A stretch of 64,000 bases of DNA, taken from the NCBI GenBank assembly GCA_044221725.1, contig JBGAON010000005.1:256001-320000 (forward strand). Direction: 5' to 3'. Below the pieces are notes generated by a model. That model was not told where the DNA came from, did no database searches, and worked only from the letters and a program-made list of their open reading frames with translations. The DNA comes from Elusimicrobiota bacterium (GTDB lineage: Bacteria > Elusimicrobiota > Elusimicrobia > F11). Below, piece after piece: positions 57,378-64,000 of the stretch. Position numbers and translations under genes: made by a program. Numbering within the stretch: position 1 is the stretch's first letter; the number at the start of each line of letters is the position of its first letter.

Positions 57378-57615
57378 TTAGCGCCCTCCTTTTTTTGTTG
57401 TGACTGTTTTCTTGAAAACGGCGAAGTTCACACCTTCGCATTTCGGGCCTTCGATTTTTCGGATGACCCTGCGTAGATGGGGCGATCCATTCTTTGTCTT
57501 GCCCGGACCGATCCTCCGGCGCGAGCTGGCCCGATTGGATCATGTGGATCTTTGATCCCAGCGCCTCGACGATTTCTACCCAGTCGGCCATTTCGAATTT
57601 GATGGTGTTCTGCAT
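57378..57615 (-). pseudogene. Small hypothetical gene, probably frameshifted in a C4 run at ~57480
   Basis: RBS AAGGAGG precedes MQNTIK. Removing one C gives an amphipathic KEWIAHLRRVIRKI and a stop 1 nt before the next ATG. Confidence 0.45.
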
Positions 57616-57935
57616 ACCCCTAGTTGCCTCCTTATCTCGCCCACGTTGCGCCGTTCGTGCAACCCGTTGCCCTGTTTGGGCTATTTTTGCCGCTTTGTCC
57701 GGACCCAAGTACAGCGAGTTCGCGAATCAATCAAGGCCTTTTGTCGTCGACATCGCGCAATAAATCAAATCGATTCCGAGTCATCGAAATTTGGCGATTT
57801 GAGGTTTGTTTGGATAGGGAAGGACTACCTTCTTCAAAATAGGAAGCCAAGTCGAAGATCAAGTTAAAAGTTTTCAGGCGTGGCAATCTTCGATTCCTTC
57901 ATGAAACCGGACAAGGTAAACTCACCTCTTAATCT

Positions 57936-59768
57936 ATGAGTGAAGAAATTCCCAGAAAAGACATTGTTTATTTTTCGTCGGCCAAATATCTGATCGGGTG
58001 TGCGGTGGCGGCTGTCGTCTTCCTATTGATCGGGAAAATTAATCCATTTCCGGCCTGGTTTATTGCAGTGGAAGTGTTTGTGGCGGTGATTGCGCTTTTT
58101 GTCTTTGGGTCCATCCGTGACCGCCTGGACAAAAATGCGCTGACCTATGGCGCGGTTCTCATCATCACAGCGACGTTTTGGGAATCGTGGTGGAGAGAAT
58201 CGGGATTGAGAACCGATTTTTCAGCCGAAGGTTTTGGCGCGATCCTTCGGTTTTTTCAGCACCATTTCCTGTCACTGCATGGCTTAGATGAGATCGTTCA
58301 CGCCGATACCATGTTGTTTATTTTAGGCCTAACGTTTTTTGTCGCGGTCATAGCTCAGACCCGTATTCTCGAAACGATTAGTTTTTCCATCCTCAATAAG
58401 TTCAAAGGAAACGTTGTGCCAACGGTGGCGCTTCTCGCGGCCATCGTCTCATTCTCATCGGGTATTTTGGATGGTGTTTCCATGATCGGCCTGATGATCC
58501 GGACGCTTGTGATCATCCTCTTCCTGGCCAGAATTAAGGATGAAGCTGTTGTGTATGCGGTGGTGGTATCGACGGTGGTCACAACGGTGTGCGGAATGTG
58601 GCTGGCCTATGGAGAACCACCCAACCTCATCATGAAATCCAATCTCTCGCCGCATCTGAATGACGCGTTCTTCCTGCGATATTGCTTGCCGGTTGCCATC
58701 GGCGCTTATTTCATCGTGCTTTGGAACATCAAGCGAAAACTCAAGGGTCAGAAAGTCGACATATCGAAACTGGATGTGCTTGACCTCAATACGGCGGATG
58801 TACGGTTCATTCAGGCGCAACGGCATGGCAAAGTTTTAACGCCGATAGAGTTTGCTGAAGAGCACCGCCAGCAACTGGCCGAGCATTACGAACCGTTGAT
58901 TCGCCGGCTTCATCAGGGTGAGACGCTTGGCGACGCTTTGACGGCCGAGCATATTCCACAAAGTGTCCGGCAATATCTAATGGGGCAATATGTGTCGGAA
59001 GATCTTGCGGAGGCGCTGGATCACCATTACTCAGTCGTGTTGAAAGATGATGCGCTTAATAACGATGATTCCATGCGCAAGATATCCAAGGCGCTGGCAT
59101 GGATCCGCCAACGTCGAGTGCGTACACAATGGATTGGCGGCATTTCGTTTATCCCATTTATCGGACTCTTGGTCTGGCATGCGATTGACCATGACGTTCC
59201 ACTTTTTCTGGCATCTTTCGCCGGATTCGCAGTCGCCTTCTTAGGTATTCTAGGGATCACCAATATGCGGAGATTGGCTTTGCGCGAGGCCCGCCACGAA
59301 TATGCGGAGTACCTTTTTCTTTTCCCGCTTTTCTTCTCGATAACCCTGCTTCAAAAGACCGGTTTCTTTCAGCAGCTTGCGGATTTGCTCCATCACGGCG
59401 TCGAAAAATTGGGCCCACCACACATGGCCTTTCTTCAATTTATCGGGACGGGATTTTTGTCTGCGATGTTGGACAACAACGTCGTAGCGGATTTCGCGGG
59501 CCGGGCGATTATGGGATTGGAATTAAGCGTTCTTCACCTTTTCGCCATGGCCCAGATTGCAGGATACGCGGTGGGGGGATGCTGGACACACATCGGTTCG
59601 GCCCAATCGGTTGTGGCTTATTCGTTCATTCGAAATGAAGTCGACGAACACTTCACGCCGTTTCAGTGGATCAAAGCCATGACCCCTATCGTCTTAGAAA
59701 TTTCGGTTTGGGTGACCGTGGTTATCTATGGCGAGGCTCTCCTTTTGCAATATCTTCCGGAGCATTAG
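57936..59768 (+). CDS. IT-superfamily (ArsB/NhaD/CitMHS-like) ion transporter
   Basis: Multiple TM helices, SGILDGVS, YGEPPN, SAMLDNNV, GGCWTHIGSA. Confidence 0.85.
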   Translation: MSEEIPRKDIVYFSSAKYLIGCAVAAVVFLLIGKINPFPAWFIAVEVFVAVIALFVFGSIRDRLDKNALTYGAVLIITATFWESWWRESGLRTDFSAEGFGAILRFFQHHFLSLHGLDEIVHADTMLFILGLTFFVAVIAQTRILETISFSILNKFKGNVVPTVALLAAIVSFSSGILDGVSMIGLMIRTLVIILFLARIKDEAVVYAVVVSTVVTTVCGMWLAYGEPPNLIMKSNLSPHLNDAFFLRYCLPVAIGAYFIVLWNIKRKLKGQKVDISKLDVLDLNTADVRFIQAQRHGKVLTPIEFAEEHRQQLAEHYEPLIRRLHQGETLGDALTAEHIPQSVRQYLMGQYVSEDLAEALDHHYSVVLKDDALNNDDSMRKISKALAWIRQRRVRTQWIGGISFIPFIGLLVWHAIDHDVPLFLASFAGFAVAFLGILGITNMRRLALREARHEYAEYLFLFPLFFSITLLQKTGFFQQLADLLHHGVEKLGPPHMAFLQFIGTGFLSAMLDNNVVADFAGRAIMGLELSVLHLFAMAQIAGYAVGGCWTHIGSAQSVVAYSFIRNEVDEHFTPFQWIKAMTPIVLEISVWVTVVIYGEALLLQYLPEH

Positions 59769-59790
59769 CCGAAACCGTAGGTGTACTGGC

Positions 59791-60402
59791 TTATTCAAGC
59801 GCAGTGAGGATTTTTTTCTGAATTTCTTCGCCATCGATTGAAAGACTTAACTTTTTGTGAAACAAGCGGTAGTGATTAATGAGGCCTGTCGAATAAGAAG
59901 CAAGTGATAGAGCCATTGTTCTTGCCTTCTCAGCTTGGCGGGAGGACCCACCTAGGGATCGAATCAAAAGATCTGCCAGTTGAAGGAGATAGTCTCCGTA
60001 GATTTCCTTAAGATTCGCAGAGATTCCCTGCTTAAGCTGAAGCAAACCTCTGACTTGATGAAAAATAAGAACAAATGATTCTTCTCTCAATAAAAAATCA
60101 ACATGGGCTTTTACGAGTGCCTTTAAGGCATCTTGATGGTTGTCGTTTTTTTGAACCGACAACTGGCATCGAGCCATAAGCTTGTCGAGTCCGTCTCTGA
60201 GGAGGTTTTCGAGCAGTTCGTCTTTCCCAGAGAAATACTGATAGAAGGTGCCCTTTCCAATATCCGCCTTCTCGGTGACGTCTTCAATGGTTGTTACGTA
60301 GATACCTTGTCTTGAAATGATATCGAGAGCTACGGCCATGAGCGTTTCGCGCGTTAGTTTTTTCTTTCGTTCCCGCCTCGTCAAATCTTCCGTTGCTTCC
60401 AC
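59791..60402 (-). CDS. TetR/AcrR-family regulator
   Basis: RRERKK..TR, TIEDVTEKADIGKGTFYQYFSGKDEL. RBS GGAGG. Confidence 0.93.
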   Translation of the reverse strand: MEATEDLTRRERKKKLTRETLMAVALDIISRQGIYVTTIEDVTEKADIGKGTFYQYFSGKDELLENLLRDGLDKLMARCQLSVQKNDNHQDALKALVKAHVDFLLREESFVLIFHQVRGLLQLKQGISANLKEIYGDYLLQLADLLIRSLGGSSRQAEKARTMALSLASYSTGLINHYRLFHKKLSLSIDGEEIQKKILTALE

Positions 60403-60459
60403 GTTTCCTCCCCAGTACGGGTTATCAAGATAATTACGTGTGAGAATCCTTGCATAATC

Positions 60460-60495
60460 TTGACCGGTCAGTCAATTTTGACTACTGTGTCAAAA
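60460..60495. promoter_or_regulatory. Two adjacent palindromic TetR-like operators
   Basis: ttgaccggtcagtcaa and ttttgac-N6-gtcaaaa, between divergent tetR and otsA. Confidence 0.65.
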
Positions 60496-60548
60496 ATGGG
60501 ACCCGCACACGTATTTTTCCTAAAAAAAGCTGATTCGACGGAGTCAAA

Positions 60549-62804
60549 GTGAAGATCACGCTCCGTCTTGTTTTATCGCTGGTGGCCGTCATAACGATGG
60601 TGGTCGCTCTATTCACGTTTTTGCAAGTCCGGCATGAAGAAAAAGTGATGCTGGAAGAAATGGAACGAAGGGGCGCGCTTCTGGCGGAAAGTCTTCAGGA
60701 TTCTATTGAGCCCCATCTTGCTCCCCGCAATGAAAAGGGACTTGCGAGAATTGTTGAGAAATTCGGGAATCGTGAACGCGTGGCTGGAATTGCGGTTTAC
60801 GGTCCTGACAAATCAATTGTTGCCATGACGAAGAGTCTCGCAGCCTGGCTTCCCGATCCGCCCTCTGCGGTCGCCACCTCTCTTGCCGAAGGAACGGCGC
60901 GGGGTGAGCTTTTCAGTCCTTCAAAAGAAAAAGCAATTTACGGATATTTCTTTCCTTTCACTTCCCCGGACGGCTCCTCCTACTTATTGGCATCCTATCA
61001 TCCCGCCAATCACATTCGCACACGTCTTAGAGACTTGTACCAACAAGGGTTTATCCGCCTGTTCTTACAGGCATTTCTCATTTCGCTTGTAACGATTTTC
61101 ATTATTCGATGGAACGTCATGGCCCCGCTCCATAAGGCCGCTGATTGGATTAAGAAGCTTCGCCTGGGAGAAGAAGGACCCCACGCCTCTCTTCCGAAAG
61201 AACTTTTTGGTCCCCTGGAAAAAGAAGTGACTCGCTTAGCGAAGAGTTTTACGACCGCTCGGGCCGCCGCTGAAGAAGAGGCCAAGCTCCGCCAGCAAGC
61301 CGATTCCATTTGGACCTCCGACCGCCTGCGTGAGTATGTTCGCACGAAACTGCCGGATCAAAAGCTTCTAGTGGTTTCTAACCGCGAGCCCTACATGCAT
61401 GTCCGAAAAGGAAAAGACGTTGACTGCATCATGCCGGCCAGCGGTCTTGTCACGGCGCTTGAACCCATATTGAGAGCCTGTGGTGGCACGTGGGTGGCGC
61501 ATGGAGCCGGAGGCGCTGATAAGGAAATGACCGGTACAGACAATCGGCTAAAGGTTCCACCGGATGAGCCCCAGTACCTCCTTCGCCGAGTTTGGCTTTC
61601 GAAAGAGGAAGAAGATGGCTATTACTACGGATTTTCCAATGAAGGGTTTTGGCCTCTATGTCACATCGCTCATAATCGTCCCGTTTTTAAGCCTGAAGAC
61701 TGGGACTATTATCAAACTGTCAACGGCAAGTTCGCTGACGCCGTTTTGGAAGAAATTGAAAATGACGAAGAGCCTTTGATTCTAATTCAGGACTATCATT
61801 TTGCTCTCCTCCCCCGGTTGATCAAGGATAAGCGCCCGGATGCGCGTATCGCTCTTTTCTGGCATATCCCTTGGCCTAATCCTGAATCATTTGGCATCTG
61901 CCCGTGGCAGCGCGAAATCGTTCATGGAATGCTGGGCGCGGACCTCATTGGATTTCACATCCAACAACACTGCACCAATTTCTTAGACACCGTGGACCGA
62001 ACGGTTGAATGCCGGATCGATTGGGAACGATTCGTTGTTAATCGGCAAGACCACAAAACGCTCGTCAAACCGTTTCCCATCAGTGTTGCGTTAACACCCT
62101 CGGCGACAAATGGATCACCGGCCCCTAAACCTTCCGCTGATAAAGAAGCGATCTTCAAGCAACTTGGGATTAAAGGGCAATATCTTGCCGTGGGAGTGGA
62201 TCGAATTGACTACACCAAAGGCATTATCGAACGGTTCCGGGGCATCGAACGTTTCTTGGAAAAAAACCCCAATTATCAAGGCAAGTTCGTGTTTGTGGAA
62301 TTGGGCGCGCCGAGCCGCACCCTTATCAAACGCTACCACGATCTGATGGCGGAAGTGGAAGAGGAAGCCGAGCGGATCAATTGGAAGTTCAAGTCAAAAG
62401 AATGGCAGCCCATCGTGTTTTTAAAGAAACATCACAGTCATCAAGACATTGAGCCTTTCTACAAAACGGCTGACCTGTGTCTTGTCACCTCGTTGCACGA
62501 TGGAATGAATTTGGTCGCCAAAGAATACATTGCCGCCCGCGACGATGAAGATGGCGCTCTGATACTAAGCCGGTTCACTGGCGCTTCGCGAGAACTTCCT
62601 GATGCTTTCATCATTAATCCCTACGACGTGGATAGAACCGCCGATGCGATACGGGCCGCGTTGGAAATGGAACCCGAGGAACGCCGAAAAAGAATGCGGC
62701 GAATGAGAACAGTGGTGATGGGAAACAACATTTATAAGTGGGGCGCCAACTTGATCGAAGATCTTTCGCAAATCAGATTGGAAACCAACACGCCGGTCGC
62801 TTAA
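60549..62804 (+). CDS. otsA: Trehalose-6-phosphate synthase with N-terminal TM-periplasmic-TM-HAMP-like module
   Basis: VVSNREP, QDYHF, FWHIPWP, VDRIDYTKG, DGMNLVAKEY, preceded by ~250 aa of sensor-like architecture. Confidence 0.92.
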   Translation: MKITLRLVLSLVAVITMVVALFTFLQVRHEEKVMLEEMERRGALLAESLQDSIEPHLAPRNEKGLARIVEKFGNRERVAGIAVYGPDKSIVAMTKSLAAWLPDPPSAVATSLAEGTARGELFSPSKEKAIYGYFFPFTSPDGSSYLLASYHPANHIRTRLRDLYQQGFIRLFLQAFLISLVTIFIIRWNVMAPLHKAADWIKKLRLGEEGPHASLPKELFGPLEKEVTRLAKSFTTARAAAEEEAKLRQQADSIWTSDRLREYVRTKLPDQKLLVVSNREPYMHVRKGKDVDCIMPASGLVTALEPILRACGGTWVAHGAGGADKEMTGTDNRLKVPPDEPQYLLRRVWLSKEEEDGYYYGFSNEGFWPLCHIAHNRPVFKPEDWDYYQTVNGKFADAVLEEIENDEEPLILIQDYHFALLPRLIKDKRPDARIALFWHIPWPNPESFGICPWQREIVHGMLGADLIGFHIQQHCTNFLDTVDRTVECRIDWERFVVNRQDHKTLVKPFPISVALTPSATNGSPAPKPSADKEAIFKQLGIKGQYLAVGVDRIDYTKGIIERFRGIERFLEKNPNYQGKFVFVELGAPSRTLIKRYHDLMAEVEEEAERINWKFKSKEWQPIVFLKKHHSHQDIEPFYKTADLCLVTSLHDGMNLVAKEYIAARDDEDGALILSRFTGASRELPDAFIINPYDVDRTADAIRAALEMEPEERRKRMRRMRTVVMGNNIYKWGANLIEDLSQIRLETNTPVA

Positions 62805-62806
62805 CG

Positions 62807-63580
62807 ATGCAGTATTTGTTTTCGGATTGGCCGGACATCTCTAAGCGGCTTCGTTCTGCGTCTCATAGGCTTTATCTTTTCGACATCGACGGAACTCTGG
62901 CGTCGATTGAAAAAGTTCCACAGGCTGCGCGAATTCATGCGCCATTGCGGCGGCTCTTATATTCCCTTTCCGTCACGCCTCGATCAACCGTGGGAATTAT
63001 TTCTGGCCGTCAGCTTGATGACGCCAGGGAGATGGTCGGGTTGCAGCACCTAATTTATGCCGGGAATCATGGGTTGGAAGTGTGTTTTAACGGAAGCAGG
63101 CATATTGAACGACAGGCTAGAAATCACGCACACGCGCTTGAGCTTATTTACCGTGATGCCAAACAAGCATTTGGCGATGTGCCAGGAGCCATCGTCGAGT
63201 GGAAAGGGCTCACCATGAGTTTGCATTACCGGATGGTCGAGAAGAAAAATATGGCGAAGTTTGAACGAATTTTTCAAGAGGACATCGTCCCGCTTTTGGC
63301 GCGCGATAAATTTCAGCATCGAAAAGGAAAGAAGGTAATCGAAATTATTCCCTTCGGCGATTGGAGTAAGGGAACCGTTGTCGAAATGCTGGCAAAACAT
63401 TTCCGAAAGCCAGTGACGATTTTCATTGGAGATGATGTGACCGACGAGGGAGCTTTCGGTGTCATGGGGCCTGATGATGTCTCCGTCCGAGTTGGACACA
63501 AGGATGATTCGAAAGCTCTCTACTACTTAAAAAACCAGGGAGAGGTAAAAAAACTTCTTCAGCGCTTGGTTAAATTGTAA
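62807..63580 (+). CDS. otsB: Trehalose-6-phosphate phosphatase
   Basis: HAD motifs FDIDGTL, ISGR, GNHG, K, GDDVTDE. ATG at 62807. Confidence 0.93.
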   Translation: MQYLFSDWPDISKRLRSASHRLYLFDIDGTLASIEKVPQAARIHAPLRRLLYSLSVTPRSTVGIISGRQLDDAREMVGLQHLIYAGNHGLEVCFNGSRHIERQARNHAHALELIYRDAKQAFGDVPGAIVEWKGLTMSLHYRMVEKKNMAKFERIFQEDIVPLLARDKFQHRKGKKVIEIIPFGDWSKGTVVEMLAKHFRKPVTIFIGDDVTDEGAFGVMGPDDVSVRVGHKDDSKALYYLKNQGEVKKLLQRLVKL

Positions 63581-63969
63581 TGCCGATCCCAAACGAAATT
63601 AAATTGTTCATCAGTCAGTATATTGGATCAATTCAGCAGTTGGAGGTCTTGCTGGCCGTTAGCTCTGAGCCGGAACGCAATTGGAGCCCTGAAGAAATCA
63701 GCAAAAAGCTTGGGTTGGATGTAACGGCGGTGACCAACCGGCTCCTGAGCCTCTGCGTCAAGGGATTGGTTCGTTCAGATGAAAAGCAGGCTCGCACGTT
63801 CTGCTATCAGCCCGAGGGAACCGTCGCGGACATCATGGTGAAAAAGCTTGCGTCGCTCTATAGAGAACACCCGGCGCCCTTGGTGGAATTTATTTGCTCC
63901 CGGGCTGAGAGCCGATTGCGAGATTTTTCAGACGCTTTCAAGCTAAATCAGGAAGAAGAAAATGATTAA
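63580..63969 (+). CDS. Conserved hypothetical winged-helix-like protein
   Basis: FI...I.SI.QLEVLL...P...WS..EI..KL...L..L...GL. Coupled to otsB (TAATG). Confidence 0.75.
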   Translation: MPIPNEIKLFISQYIGSIQQLEVLLAVSSEPERNWSPEEISKKLGLDVTAVTNRLLSLCVKGLVRSDEKQARTFCYQPEGTVADIMVKKLASLYREHPAPLVEFICSRAESRLRDFSDAFKLNQEEEND

Positions 63970-64000
63970 GGCTATTTACATGCTGTGCGGCCTCACAAGC
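63962..64000 (+). CDS. Start of a small membrane protein (DUF5985-like), 3' truncated
   Basis: MIKAIYMLCGLTS... overlapping the previous stop. Confidence 0.5.
   Translation, partial: MIKAIYMLCGLTS

Larger units (their letters stand above)
46628..57900. mobile_element. Integrated satellite/PICI-like element (right end uncertain; may extend beyond 64000)
   Basis: Integrase, excisionase, TerL, primase, a second recombinase and R-M cargo, with a visible drop in GC and a candidate att at the left end. Confidence 0.8.

Overview
Bacterial chromosomal window with three zones; the gene set would fit a diderm such as Elusimicrobiota, but the taxonomy is only my inference. (1) 1-17230 is the 3' part of a giant gene, open at the left edge (>5,700 aa). 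It carries about 9.5 near-perfect 231-aa (693-bp) Trp/Ser/Thr-rich tandem repeats, degenerate half-repeats with an inserted helical domain, a ~70-aa YD/RHS-like repeat tract, two internal hydrophobic helices, a Lys-rich region and a C-terminal JAB/MPN-like motif set. (2) 17275-46470 is core genome: an OmpR-type two-component pair, a PilB/GspE ATPase operon with GAF-HD-GYP, PilZ and GAF-GAF proteins, argGH-TolC-patatin-TPR-lysA-dapF-dapA-dapB-dapL, an orphan antitoxin, queF, mazG, mgtE, a complete glycine-cleavage/lipoate operon and a ferredoxin, interspersed with REP-like palindromes. (3) From ~46630 there is an integrated element. It has a candidate tRNA-3'-end att duplicate with arm-type repeats, a convergent R-M pair, integrase, excisionase, large terminase, an HTH (TerS-like) protein and a frameshift-split Prim-Pol/PriCT primase. 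An unannotated YezD/DUF2292-like micro-ORF followed by a terminator/antiterminator switch lies upstream of the primase. An HTH regulator and a second XerD-like recombinase follow, then osmotic-stress genes (ion transporter, TetR, sensor-fused OtsA, OtsB). No capsid, portal or tail genes are visible. The most interesting items are the micro-protein plus RNA switch gating the primase-terminase operon, the capsid-less TerL-bearing satellite-like element, and the giant repeat protein with a JAB-like tip.
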